DNA of 47,881 bases from Nemertoderma westbladi (GCA_032718475.1 JAUCBJ010005457.1:1-47881); one strand, 5' to 3'. Shown: positions 12,428 to 25,691, numbered from the stretch's first letter. The notes: generated by a model from the sequence alone, not told the origin. Made by a program: numbers and translations.

Positions 12428-15400
12428 TAACTTCGTCTATTTCGTAATTATAAAATTGATGACAAAATTTTTAATTTATTTATTTTATTTGTCACTAAAA
12501 CAATTGATTTTACCACTAAATTAAAAGGTTTTTTCACTACATTTTTGTCACTAAATCAGATATTAGTTGAGTTATATTAGATATTTATTCAAATTAGGCC
12601 CAAAAATAGCCAAACTCGCAATAAAATACAATATGGCAAAATTTGGTATCATTCACGCAGAATTTATCGTAGAATAATATTACGAGGTGCCTCCAGTGCC
12701 TCGCCTTGAGGAATTTTTCCAAAATCACTTTGAATACACTTAGAATCTTGACTTTCAGAAGAAGAATTATTGTGGGTTGGAATGGTTCGGCCGCGAAGGG
12801 GTAGTTCGGGGTTGGGATGGTTGGAAAGGTCCGGCCGCGAAGGGGTGTTTCACTACACCAACAGAAGAAGAATTATTATATATCGACACATAATATTCTA
12901 AAAACTCTGTTTCTTGTGTTTTGCTGTATTTATTATTGGTTCAATATATGCGCTATTTATAATAGATAAATGTTTTGTGGTAAGTTTTCTGCATATTATG
13001 CAATATATTGGTTGTATGGAGGAATTCATTATTGAATCCTCTAAGGTTATTAGGAGCCCGCTTGACAGCGGGATACTTACTGTAAGAATCTCAGGGTAAA
13101 ATCTCAGGATACATTACACTGACTGACTGACTGACATACTGACTGATAATTATCTAGGTTAAGGCACTTCCTGCCTGGCGATTTTTATGAAATTTTGCAA
13201 GTACATTGCTTTGGTGGTTCATAATCGCGTTCCAAATTTCAGATCGATTCTATGTGTGGTATTCGATATATTTAGTTTTTTGACATTGTTTTGTCGCGAA
13301 ATTAAAAGCAATGGTAAAATAACAGCTGGTGTTCATGATGAAATATGGCTTAATATGTTATACACAGTCATAGAAAAACGTGTTGGTTGCCAAGTTTTAC
13401 TAGTAGGCTATAAGGAAAGGCAATGTTTACTCACACATAAGCTGTTGGTTTCTAATGTATTACCCCATAAGCTGATTGCTCTCCCAGTGCTTCCTAAGGG
13501 TATATCTACAATAAGGTTACTCACTCTGCTATGTTAGGGGGTGGATCAGGAGAATGAATTTTAGTTACACAAAGCAGTGTGTTGTGTCCTATTGCAGTCG
13601 ATACTCACTGTGGATTGCAAAATGTTTTATAGTTGACCTACACTATAATACAGTAGTTGCATGTATTTAAGGAGCCCGCTCTGGCCTACCGCCTAAGGAG
13701 TACCTATATTACATATTCACATAGAATTCACTGGGAAGAGATATTCCGCTTGACGACGGGGTAATACCTATAGAAGGAAACTAAATTTGTTATTTGGCTC
13801 TATTCGTTGTTATTTATCTGGTTGTGCATCATGGGCATTTTTTATAAATATTCGGTAATCGCATCTTATATCTTGTAAACGTTCTTGATAATGTAATTAT
13901 TTGCTTCATATTATATTTTTGTTAGTGGTAGCTAAGTTGCATTTTTTATTATGTGGGGCGAGCCACAAAGTCAGCTAGCCTCACGCCTTGCAGTTTAGAC
14001 AATTTTAGTTTACTTACTGCTGACTGACATAGTTCTTTGTAATAGTCTTGGCTAGGATTTTTCCCCCGGGCAAGCCAGCTTGCTTTCTAGTTATTATCCT
14101 GTGCACAAAGTCCTCTCGTGCTTGACATTTCTTTTACAAAGTAAAGTATGGTAGCAAAATGTTCTGGTTTTTTATTAAAAATTATAGTATTTTTAAGAAA
14201 AGTGATTTTTGTGACATTTTTTGAAAAGGTAACAGATCACTATATCTAGGATTGTTAACAAAAAAAGTTCTGAAACAATTTATTCAACATAAATTTTTAA
14301 CTTTTTCTTAGCTTTGGTTTTGCTGTTTCACTGTCAAAATTGTCCGAAACGTGATAGCTAACCCTTACCCAACAATAACGCAATTTCCATAAAAATAGAA
14401 CTAAAACGAAATACGAAACATTAGCTCATTTTTTTTTAATTATAAAATATACATAATAAAAGATTTAAAGAAGCAACATTTACTGGTTTAGCATTTTCTT
14501 TAAACAATAATACACGTTCGTGGGGCCATCGCGCAGGACGAGGCTCAGTTATTAGATACAGATTAAAATTGAGCAATTCTATCCCAAAATCGGTACTTAA
14601 GAAATTTAAATAAATAATTAAGAAAATTTAACCAAAACGGCAATAAGAATAAATCAAAGAGGAGCCCCCCCCCCCCCCCCCCCCCCCCCCTTGCTTCAAC
14701 CGCCCTCTTAATCTGCACCACCCCAACCCACAAAAGAGCACAGAGCATTAATGAAAGGCAGATAAAGCAAGCTGGCTTATTAGTCTGGTACCTTACACTA
14801 CAGTAGTGCCTATGTCCTATTGATGTAATTACCCGTTGCCAAGTAGTGCTGAGGTAGTTGGACTGGTTCCCAGCGCCAGCAGATAGGCTAGGCAATAGCA
14901 AGCATGCCAATGAATGAGGAAGCTGGAAGTATAGAGATACGGTGGCAGTTTGATAACTTAATTACGTTTAGATCAAGATTTAGATTTACGTTTAGATTTA
15001 TAAAAGCAAATCTCTTGAACTAATCAAAAATTATAATGGAATGGGGTATGGGGAATACAGTTATAAAATTTTGAAGTATAATTATTTAAATCTTATACTA
15101 GAATATAATTAATATCATTTAAGAGGCAGGTTGAAATTGATGTTTATACCCTAATCAACTCAATTAACTAATTAACTGCTATTATCTTAGCTTCTCGAAG
15201 GCGACACGGAAATTCAACTTGGAAAATTTCTAAACTTTGGCCAGACTACATCTGTACCAAGTTTGGTTAAATTTCATAACATTTTTGGCTGAGTTATTAA
15301 CGTTTAAAATTGGACACAACAGAACAACAGACACACTGATTGAGTTAGTGGTACCTGTATGCTTGTATGCTTAACCTGTAAGCTCGCTTACTTTCGTCGC

Positions 15401-15686
15401 TCGCCCCACATTAGAAAACCGCAACCAGATTGGAGAATACAAAACACTAGCTACGCCTTGCGGCCAAACAATCACGATCATTGTCATAAAGTAACCATGT
15501 TATATATTGTTTATCTATTGTACATAGAGTTGTAGAAGGCCTAATCGATATACGCGAACCCCTAAATATAGTGCTAATATATTATTAACGCTGGAACGCT
15601 GGTATTAGATTAATCAAACACTGATTAGTCACACAAGGCCCCACGATAATGCAGCAAAAGATAAAAAGGAGGCGGTTTACGATCAA

Positions 15687-16060
15687 TTGTGTTCTAACCA
15701 AGTTAATCTGGTCATACTAACTACAGAGAGTGGTGCGTTTACTCGGTTAAATAGCAAATCACTCAATCAACATGATACTCACCTATCCAAGGAGGGGGTG
15801 AATTTCGGGATGCAGCTGGTCGCCAAGGAATCTACATCTCATCGTGACTGTGTGTCGAGATTTTCGCAAACCTACGTAATGTCGTGTCCCTCTGGAGGCT
15901 TCCCTTCCAACAGACACAACGAGATTCGCTGTTTCGTCGCGGAAACCCTGACTAAGGTGGCCCACAACGTTGAGCTGATGCTACAACCGCTAACGGCAGA
16001 GTCATTCTCACTTCGCACCATCTTAACGAACCAGCAGGCGCGTAAATGATGGATGTGACA
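15687..16060 (+). mobile_element. CRE-like non-LTR retrotransposon fragment (zinc finger leading into restriction-like endonuclease)
   Basis: C..RFS..YVMSCPSGGFPSNRHNEIR..VAETLTKVAHNVE..LQPLTAE..AR matches the C..GGF...RHNEIRD...EP.LQPL.GE signature of CRE-clade elements. Degenerate. Confidence 0.75.
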
Positions 16061-16486
16061 TCTCACATCACCATCATTGATACCTAGTAAATATGCGAGA
16101 TTATTATTTTATTGAGGGAGGGATAGGTGCAAACAGGAAACAACATCGGAGAAATAATAATAAATTGAATTGACAGTGAGAGGATTCTGGGGGCAACCGA
16201 TTCTAGAAAATGTTCAGCCAACCGAGGCCAATCGTCACCGCGTCGCCCATATCCACCACGACAGCGCGAGGCAAGGAAGTGCCGAAAATATGATGAGAGA
16301 ATCCACACATTCACTTCCCTAATCTCCTCTGCTTTCGGAGTTATAGCGCCAGCTGCGCACCAATTCATTAACAACTGGCAGTGAAGCTTACTGATAAACA
16401 ACAGGTCCGGTCCCTTTGCCTATCGTATCATGGGTGAGGTATGGGCCGCCGTTTGGACCAAAAATAAAAAAAATTATATTATATTA

Positions 16487-17403
16487 CACCATACACGTAA
16501 TATAGTGTCATTTTCTCATGACACGGACCCCCCCCCCCCCCCCCCCCCCCAAATTTTTCTACAAATCTTTATCATATTGCTTGAAATTTGAAACACAACT
16601 ATTTCCACTCACCGTGGCTGTTCATTAAGCCGGAATTGTCGATTTCGCCTTTAAATTTTATTCATAAGCGTTTTAAAAAAGTGCCTTTTTCGAAATCGCA
16701 CCCTCCGTATCGTGGCCATTCTTCACTTTAGTCGTAATCACTTTAGTCGTAATAACATCAATAGAAAGCTTGCGTTGAAAGGATTCCAAATATGTAACAA
16801 TGTCTGAATTTCGTTGAGAAACAGCTGAGAAATAGGCGTTCAAAGATTGCAAGAATTATTGTTCACTGCAGGCCATTTATTCTATTTAATAAATACACAA
16901 TATTCTGGAACAATTTGTTTATGTATGAATAGCTATGCAAAATAGATATCGTATAGGCATTCCGCTGTTGCCTACCAACTCATAAAATAAATAACACGTT
17001 CTAGAATTTCGTGTATTTAATAAATATAATAAATGGCTTGTAGTGAACAATAATTCTTGCAATCTCCAAACGCCTATTTCTCAGCTGTTTCTCAATGAAA
17101 TTCAGATATTGTTAGATATTTGGAATCCTTACAACGTTAGCTTTCTATTGATGTGAAAAAATTACGACCAAAGTGAAGATTGGCAATGATACAGAGGGCA
17201 CGATTTCGCAAAAGACACTTTTTTAAAACACTTATAAATAAAATTTAAAGGCAAAATCGAAAATTCCGGCTTCGTGGTAACAACCACGGTGAGTTGAACT
17301 AGTTGTGCTTCCAATTTCAAGCAATTTGATAAAAGATTTTTAGAAAAACAGTGTCAACAGTGTCGTGTCAACAGAAAATGACACTATATTACGGGTCATG
17401 GTG
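16487..17403. mobile_element. Palindromic (foldback) MITE, 917 bp, flanked by TA
   Basis: ~430-bp imperfect inverted arms (TA|CACCATACACGTAATATAGTGTCATTTTCT ... AGAAAATGACACTATATTACGGGTCATGGTG|TA) around a short spacer near 16925-16980. Confidence 0.85.
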
Positions 17404-17455
17404 TATAACCTTATAATATAATAACTTATTATAATTTTAAAGATTACACGTCTTT

Positions 17456-17730
17456 CAAAGCAAGCAAACAGTCAGCAGAAGCCGGAGGCGACCCGAAGGC
17501 TCCTCTTTCGATTGCTGTTACCCGAGGGTAGGGGTGGGCGCTACTCTATCTGCTACAAGAAGGTAGGGGTGGGCGCTACTCCTATCCCAAGATTTGCTCC
17601 CAGTTATTTAACTGGTGCTCATTTTTTCGACCCCAGTGGATGAAAGGCTGAGGGGACCCTGGCGGGGCTGAACCTACAACCAATAGATTGCAGGCCAGCG
17701 CTCAACCAACTGAGCTACCCCGCCTTCTAT
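17456..17730 (-). mobile_element. tRNA-derived SINE with Nin/Deu-like central domain
   Basis: Head GGCGGGGTAGCTCAGTTGGTTGAGCG..GGTTCAGCCCC; core CTCAGCCTTTCATCC..GGGGTCGAAAAAATGAGCACCAG; LINE-like tail with GAGCCTTCGGGTCGCCTC. ACGTCTTT direct repeat at 17448-17455 and 17731-17738. Confidence 0.8.
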
Positions 17731-18408
17731 ACGTCTTTATAATACGATTATAATATACAATCTTATAAACTGATTATAATCTTCACACTAGTCAGCTAGT
17801 GGCGTGCAAGCTACAACCACGCGGGATGTAAATCTTCAGAACACTTCTGTTAATTAATTAATATTAATATATTTAACTTTTTAAATCACTTTGTTCCTTT
17901 AGGCCTAGTCCAATTTTCTAAAACCTTTTAGAGTTGATCTCAGCCCAGAGAAATCCCAGCTCATTATTATTAACCTACTGACCTATAAAACATTTGAACG
18001 GCACAGTTCAATCGGCTGGCCTCCCACTTATCAGTGAGTAACCTTATAGATATTCCCATAGGACTCACTGGGAAGAGCTATTCGGCTGGCAGGGTAATAC
18101 AGTAATTACATTACAGATACGGACAAATTATAAGTGATATTAATCAGTTTTTATCTTCAAAAAGTTATAATACGAGCATTTTTTCGGGATCACCCTGTTT
18201 GGGGCCTCCAAAACCAGGCAGGTTAGTAAAGGAACATGTTACAGAGGCGTGTTGAAAGGAACCAAAACAATAAACGTTAGTTAGGAATGTTGTAGAATGG
18301 AACAATGGAAAACCAAATTTAAAACCAAATTTAATTGAGAATCAACAGTCACATGTATAGACCTACCGGAACTCTGAAAAGGCTGGAGGCCCCCAAACAG
18401 ATAGAGCC

Positions 18409-18997
18409 AAGTTTTTTTTATCTTGCCGTTTGGGCCAAAAATAGCAGAAAGGGATATTTGAACTGGCAGACTAGGGTAGTAGGCCTCTAGCAGTCTAGGC
18501 TCCCTCACTGACTGATTGATCGTCCTTTCGATTGCGTTCATAATATTGGAAATATACCAAGTTGTAAACCTTTGTACAGTTACAGTTCTTAAATAGCGAA
18601 GCTGATCGACACTAACTGTAGTTCGGAGGCGTAAGATAACAGTACCGCTGTACCTAGTATAGGCCTACCTACCGCTCAGCCGGTACAGCAACAGCAGGAG
18701 GTAAGCCTAAAGCCCAATGATTCCAGATATTTTGATACCTTATTAAAACAAACAATCGCTTACAGGGTGCCGTTGGTAGCCAAAGTCAATGAGAACTCGG
18801 GCAACTCGGCCCGACATCTTGGACCGAGTATTCAATTCACTTGTGGCACAAACGGCGCTCCATAATCACTGTATCAGCAGACAGGTATGATATGAGGATA
18901 TGCTAACTGCTAACTGGTAACAACTATATGGAAAATGATAATTCAAATTTCCCTCTCAGCTATTTATGGCCCTAATGGCAAGATAAAAAAAAACTTA
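18409..18997. repeat. ~60-bp imperfect inverted repeats, probably a DNA-transposon remnant
   Basis: AAGTTTTTTTTATCTTGCCGTTTGGGCCAAAAATAGC.. at ~18409 versus ..GCTATTTATGGCCCTAATGGCAAGATAAAAAAAAACTT at ~18960-18997. Confidence 0.55.
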
Positions 18998-19130
18998 CCA
19001 TTTCAACTTTTAGCCAAAACGGCGAACATTAACAGCTACCAATAATTGTCATGCTAGCTAGCGATTTTGCAAGTTAACTATTAATTTTTGAAAAAGCACT
19101 TTTTTCAAATATGTTCTATCCTTTGTACTA

Positions 19131-20672
19131 TCATGGCCTACTATATTTATACGGCCTAACAGGTCACTTGAAGTGGCCTCTTAAAAAGAGGCCAGTTTTT
19201 TTTACAATAATTTGATATTTTGATATGGGGAGAGTTCTATAAATTTTCATTTACTTCAATATGGTCAACGGTCGTAATCGAAGACTCGTCGTTCAGCAAG
19301 ATACTCAATTTTATAGTAGCTAGTATTTTAGATAGGTTTAGCTAGTAATTTCGACACTGGTACCGACATCCTACTTTCTTCTATAAATATTTTGTAGTAG
19401 CTAGTTCTTATTACTATTTGTATAGAAAATTTTCCAGAAGATATTAGCTATTAATTTTTTAAAAAAATTATGTTCTAGAACAAATATTTTTTGTTCTGGA
19501 ACTTTTTTTAGAAAAAAATATGGATTCTATTTAAAACGCATGGAATCGTTCTAAAACGTGTTTAAAATCCATAAAAAAAAATTTCAAAAATTTTTTTTTT
19601 CAAAAACTTTTTTCACAATATTTTTTTTCACAATTTTTTTTTATTCATTTTAAACACGTTTTAGAACGATTCCATGCGTTTTAAATAGAATCCAAATTTT
19701 TTTCTAAAAAATGTTCTAGAACGAAAAATATTTGTTCTAGAACATATTTTTTTTAAAAATGAATAGCTAACATCTTCTGGAACATTTTCTATACAAATAG
19801 TAATAAGAACTAGCTACTACAAAATATTTATAGAAGGAAGTAGGATGTCGGAACCAGGGTCGAAATTACTAGCTAAACCTACCTAAAACACTAGCTACCA
19901 TAAAATTTAGTATTTTGCTTAACTGTGAGCGGATTCAATTCCGCCTCACCAACCCCCATAAAGTGGGAAAGGGCGCCTTCAAGCAATATTGGGGAGTACG
20001 AGGTTGATTGCCAATCAACCTCGTATCACCCCCAATAAACGGGGAAGACAAACCCCAAAGGGCCGCACACAATGAAGGTCAGAGGTTAAGCCTTCGGGAG
20101 GGGGAAGTGACAGTAGCGGGGGGGGGGGGGGGGAAACACTCCCAGAGGGATGGGAGGCGAGAATTAGGTTACTAGCCAATGGGGGGCAGGCATCAACTAA
20201 GTAATACCGCCAAAGGTAGTGTAGTATATTACCGGTCGGTGTTGCATTTATCATTTAGTTTACTCAGTCACTCAGTCATGGCAGTACGGTGACATTTTAA
20301 GACCGTCACCGCCGTCACCCATATTACCGGTATCACTACTGACTTGTGCTATCATATACTCTTATCGTCTTATGCATATACTCTATATCGTTTACTCAGT
20401 AATCAATTATACCGCTATAGAACAACAGCAACAAACAACTGCTTTCACTCACACGGCGGGAACGCGTATATAAACCTAACTGGTCGGGATCCCCTGATCC
20501 CGTCACATTAACGAGGAGTCTTCAATTACGACCGTTGACCAAATTGCAGCAAATTAAAATTTATAGAACTCTCCCCATATGAAAATATCAAAATAGTGTT
20601 AAAAAAACTGGCCTCTTTTTAAGAGGCCACTTCAAGTGGCCTGTTAGGGCGTATAAATATAGTAGGCCATGG
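19131..20672. mobile_element. Large palindromic foldback element (~460-bp arms, centre ~19600) with a solo LTR in its right arm
   Basis: 19131..~19590 is the reverse complement of ~19625..19923 plus 20513..20672. TACTA flanks both ends. Confidence 0.88.
19924..20507. mobile_element. Solo LTR (584 bp) with 5-bp TSD TTAAC
   Basis: TGTGAGCGGATTC...GATCCCGTCACA with TTAAC at 19919-19923 and 20508-20512. The left arm of the host palindrome shows the empty site. Confidence 0.88.
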
Positions 20673-21059
20673 TACTATACTTTCTTTTATAAATTTTTCC
20701 AAAAATTATGTTATTGTTGCTATGGTTACAGTTCAAATAAATATTATCATTGTGATTATAACCAACTGTAATTTGTTGTCATTTTATTGCTTCAATTAAG
20801 TCAACAAATAATGTTTTCAACGAAATTTGTCTAGGTGGTTCTGAAGAAGCTTCTCCGTTGTCCCTTTCCGTCTTCGCATGATCGATTGTTTGGCACGAGT
20901 CAAGATTTTAGATAATTAAATAATATATTACACATAATAAATAAGTAGTTATAAAATTTATCAAATTTTTTAAAAACGTTCTAGAACGAAAAACATTTGT
21001 TCTAGAGTATATAGTATAATATAGGCTATTCGAAATATTCAGGCTATTCTTGCGAAGGT

Positions 21060-21530
21060 ATTTAGTCAGGTCGTTTAACCTCAAAAATAAGGTGATGTGG
21101 TCGTTCTGGATAAAATTCCCATATTTGGCACAGGTGTAGGTAATTACCATGCCTATCATTTTTAAAGGGGAACCAACTTTGCAACATTATTTATCGGTTC
21201 CATATTACTATGATAACAGGAGGTGATTTATAAAAGTCCATACTTTCGAGTAAACCTACAGTCTTCTAACCTTGACCTACCCCCCGGTCAGCATCAGAGA
21301 TTCCATTGACGTCCTTTGTATATCCCGGTTACTACGGCAACTGTTTCAAACGCAGATTTTCAGTAAATATCCGAAAAATATAAAACCATTGATTAATAAT
21401 TGTTCCCCCATGACCTACTATAGATACGACCCGCCAAGCTGCTGCAAAGCACCTAAATTTAGTGGGCCAGTTAATTCTCTTAAATAGAACCCCTGAAATA
21501 ATATGTTTAGCGCATCGAAAGTACTCGAAA
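21060..21530. repeat. Dispersed repeat, with an inverted copy at ~43105..43930
   Basis: 21160-21395 matches the reverse complement of ~43610-43855, and 21408-21528 matches the reverse complement of ~43105-43225. Confidence 0.8.
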
Positions 21531-21959
21531 TCTAAGAAGCGAACACTGTTAAGGTGGTCACGCATTGCCTTTACTTGAGAAAGGGCTGATATGTCCTCGG
21601 GGGATTCAGATAGGAGTCCCGATGGTTTAGGCAGGATAATTACACTAGCGTACTGGTTCTTAAAAGAATAACCGGACCCCCAACCCCAAGTCGAGCAGTA
21701 CCTTCATCTCTACTGTACATCAGCTAAAAAAAACAAAAGATGGCCGCTGTTAGTTACTGAATATATCGCCCGTCAAAATGTACAAATGTTAGTGGAAGGC
21801 CCTGGTGTCATCTGTTTTGTAGAAGAACCCTGACGAGTCGAACTAAGTGCCACTGTAGACCGAGAGCGCGAGCGGCATCTATAGACACGGCACTTTCCAG
21901 CTATAACTGTTACGGATACCGTCTGCATACAGATTCAGGTACTAAGTCCAGACCAAGAT

Positions 21960-23080
21960 GGGTAAATCTTTTCGACCTACGCGTAGGCCTAAGCGTAGTA
22001 GTTAACTTGCATTCCTGTCATTTACCGGTAGGCCAGACTTACTGACTTTTTAACAACTACGCGTAGGTGTTTTAAAACTACGCGTAGTTATTTTGGAACT
22101 AGGCGAAGGTATTTTGAAACTACGCGTAGGCGCTACGCGTAGCAGTCCTGATAACAATGATTTTTCATTTCAGGTACGGTATGTCAGGTTCAGGTACGTT
22201 TCATTTCAGGTTGTTAGGCAAGTATCGGTACTGTATATGTCAGGTATCTGATTATCAGACAAATGGAATAACATAATCAATATCTCTATACATACAGCAC
22301 TTGGTAAAAAATAATATTCGGCTCTTTCACATACAAATACAGGATGAATAAAAAATAGACTTAAAATTCACGTCTCATGATTCAAGTATCTTTGTTTCCA
22401 TTGGATTATTTAAATATTCTACAGTAGTAAGCTACCAATCTACCGGTGAAGTGGTTAAGAGAAAGCTGATAAATACTGTATATAATTCAATTGTTTGGTC
22501 AAATAACAAGTGCAACCAATCATGGTAGACAATTTAGTCCCCCCTTCCCTTGTCAAGGGGTTAACATATTAAATATATCCTTGCCCTATCGTGAACAAAG
22601 GCAATAAAGAGCATAGAGAATCGATAAGAACCATCGGCCTATTTCCTTTGTAAACTATTTTTGAACTCTAAACATTAACACATTTTAGCGCCCGCAACGC
22701 ATGAAGTGAAGAATATGTAGTCTTAGCGTATTCCTCTATATAGAGTATACAGGTATAGGATAAATTACTGTTGAAAGCATTTGCTGGTTGTGGGTTGTTT
22801 ATTGAAAATACAGTATTGTCTTATTTTAGTACTGAACCGCTTGGAATACGTAGGCCTAATAATTATAAACGTCGTATAGGCATAGTTATGGGTAGCCCGT
22901 AGCACCTACGCGTAGTTATACGTAGCAGCTACGCGTAGGTCGCGTAGGACCTACGCGTAGCTACGCGTAGCACCTACGCGTAGTTAATATTAAAACTCTG
23001 AAACTGGTGATATATGACCCAATGTTGCGAACTACGCGTAGCTACGCACAGGCCTACGCGTAGGTCGAAAAGATTTACCC
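21960..23080. mobile_element. Non-autonomous TIR element (1,121 bp), 31-bp perfect TIRs, 6-bp TSD CAAGAT
   Basis: GGGTAAATCTTTTCGACCTACGCGTAGGCCT ... AGGCCTACGCGTAGGTCGAAAAGATTTACCC; CAAGAT at 21954-21959 and 23081-23086; subterminal CTACGCGTAG palindromes. Confidence 0.9.
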
Positions 23081-23294
23081 CAAGATTAGGCCCCCGTGGA
23101 TGCCAGTGTAGAGGTGATAATACCCGGCATTCTAATAAACACAGCTACGGAACGGGCATAATCAGGTAATGCTGTAATGTAATAATGATAAGTCATTGAT
23201 GCCTAACAGCACAAATGCAGTCAGCAGTAATAGAATGCCTAACGTGCAAGTGACGCAGTACAGTGTGAGTGCAGCAGTGCAATGCACATACCAC

Positions 23295-24230
23295 CAGGCC
23301 CGTACCGTGCGGGGGGGCTTTGGGGGCACTGCCCCCCAGACAAGACCCACCCCCCCCCCCCCCCCCCCCCCAGTCATGTCTTGTTCTCTTGTCTTATTAA
23401 TAACACGTCGTCTTATTAGTAATGATATTGTTGGTAATCAATATTATTGGATTCACATACTAACAGACTATACTACTTCTATCCACTGACCTGACTCCCC
23501 ACCATTACTTTTGGTCCAATTATAATGGCACTGGCACTGCCAGAGCCTGTGCCGAATTACATTGTACGGTGTAAGTTATGTATTTGTTCTATGTTTGCTA
23601 CTCACTACTCAGGTGTATTGTAACAGGGCTCTCACTACTGTAACAGGGCTGGAAAGCTTGTTGGCAGACCGCATCTATTTATAGATTTTGAGAGTGATTT
23701 AATTACACCACTGCACTCTAGGCCTAACAGATTGCAGCTCAATATAATTAATAAAATACACAAAAGCTCCAGGTTCTCTCATTGGATACCATGGCGTTCG
23801 TTGTTAACCCATTGTCTATAGCCAGCTTGCTGCTAATACGCTAGAGGAGCTGATGATTGCTTGCGCTTGTATCCATATCTAAATGTTATTTTTTGTAACT
23901 TCAACCTAAACTTTTGGGCATATTTATGCCTACATATTGTCAACTAGACAGCTTTAATTAAATCCGACAAATTTATTGGCATGTCAAAATCGTAACGACA
24001 ACAACTTTGCTATTATTGATCCACTCACTTAACAGAGTGTTAGTTTGCCAAGGTTCCGCCAACTTCGTTGGTCACCCCACACACTCTTAAACAATATTGA
24101 TTTTACTTTAAGTATTAAATTAACTTTCACTTTGTTATATGTCCCCCAAACCCAGTTATGAGTTTACCCCCCCCCCCCCCCAGATTTGGCCTCTGCCCCC
24201 CCCAGATATTAAGGTCACCATACGGGCCTG
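23295..24230. mobile_element. Non-autonomous hAT-type element (936 bp)
   Basis: TIRs CAGGCCCGTA / TACGGGCCTG, 8-bp TSD CATACCAC / CATACAAC (7 of 8), G/C-rich subtermini. Confidence 0.82.
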
Positions 24231-24487
24231 CATACAACATACAGAATAATACACTACATTACCGAACCAGTACCAGAGTACTGCAGTACTGAAATAGAAG
24301 TGCACTGCACTGACAAATTGGCCATTTTTGAAAATGAAAATATCACAATTTTATAAACCTTGCCAATGAAATCAGCACATTTTAAAACCTCAGTAACAAA
24401 ACTATACAGCCAAATTACCACTTTTGGCTATTTGAAAATTTCGAGCTACTTGTAATGTTGGTGCTCTTTTAGTGTCTATAATAAAAT

Positions 24488-25683
24488 TGTTCGCGCTTTT
24501 AGACCTTTAGCAGTTTAACCCGCTAATTTTAGGTGTCTTCTAGTTTATAAATCGACTTTAGCCTATAACAAGTATTTGTTGCATATAAGATATAAAGTTA
24601 CATTAGCCGAAGCCAGCCTATGCGCGACCATTCACCCACAGTTAAGGGAGACTGGATTCGGAGGCTCTGACCTTATTGCGGTGTAGACTTACTGTACTAT
24701 TCGATTGATCGTTAATATATAATCTCTGACAAATATTATTTACTTTTGGGAAATATTAACAGTTCCTTTAGGACGTGGCGCTCTAAGTATGTAAACAGAG
24801 TTATGACTTACACTAAACACAACGGGATGGCTAATGATTTTCGTATAAAGCGCATTCTTTAGGAAATGCTTTGTTATCTGTCACACTCATGCACACTACC
24901 GCACACTGCTGCACACTGATCTGCCGACCTTCACTAAATTTGATCATATATAAGGAGAATAGTAACTGACACATGTAGGGATTATGAAATAGCATTCAAT
25001 TCACTCCAAAACCACTATAATGTAAGTCGCAATTGCTACAGGTAACCGGTCTCTCTAACCTTCAGTATATCAAGAAGATTGGGGTTTTATGATTAATTAT
25101 CGATATTCTCCAAATATAACAACATATCCATCAACTTCTAACAATTAATAACCGACAGTAAATAGCAGTAAAATAATGCGGTGAAAGGTATGTATAGTAT
25201 GATTTGTTTGTATGATATGAGTTGAGTTGATAACAGTTATACGTTCCTATAATCAAAGCCGTCGAATGTTTGGCTAAAGTCTGAAACTAAGAATAATTCC
25301 AAAGCCGATGTTCTGGGGCTCAGGAAAAGGTAAACAAAGACCGTCATGCATTGCGCGATTTCCCGGAGGCTTCTGTGCAAATAAAATGAAAATCGCTCTG
25401 ATTGGTCGAATGAGCTGAACAAAGAGAGTTAAGAAAGCTCCACATCGACATCAAAATCAGCTGATAGATTTCGTCATCTAAGCCACACTGTATTAAGAGT
25501 ATTTTGGCGTATTGCGGCATAAAATGGCTTGTTATGTCCGCTAAAGTACACATACAGAAAAATGGCTTTTTATGTCCACTAAAACACCTACACAGTAAGA
25601 AAAACGGTTTTTTATGTCCGCTAAAACACCTACAGAGTACTTTGCGGAGAAAATGACTAGTTATATCCGCAAAAGCCTTTACA
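24488..25683 (-). repeat. 3' LTR
   Basis: Direct repeat of 41579..42774; about nine substitutions and no indels seen by eye. Confidence 0.97.
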
Positions 25684-25691
25684 CCGCTCCC
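25684..25691 (-). promoter_or_regulatory. Short polypurine-tract-like site (GGGAGCGG) next to the 3' LTR
   Basis: Minus strand TTTCTGGGAGCGG|TGT, identical in the sister copy at 2461-2473. Confidence 0.6.

Noticed and set aside
25237-25553. Short ORFs duplicated at 42328..42644
   Set aside because: They lie inside the LTRs and show no recognisable motif; the duplication just reflects the LTR pair.
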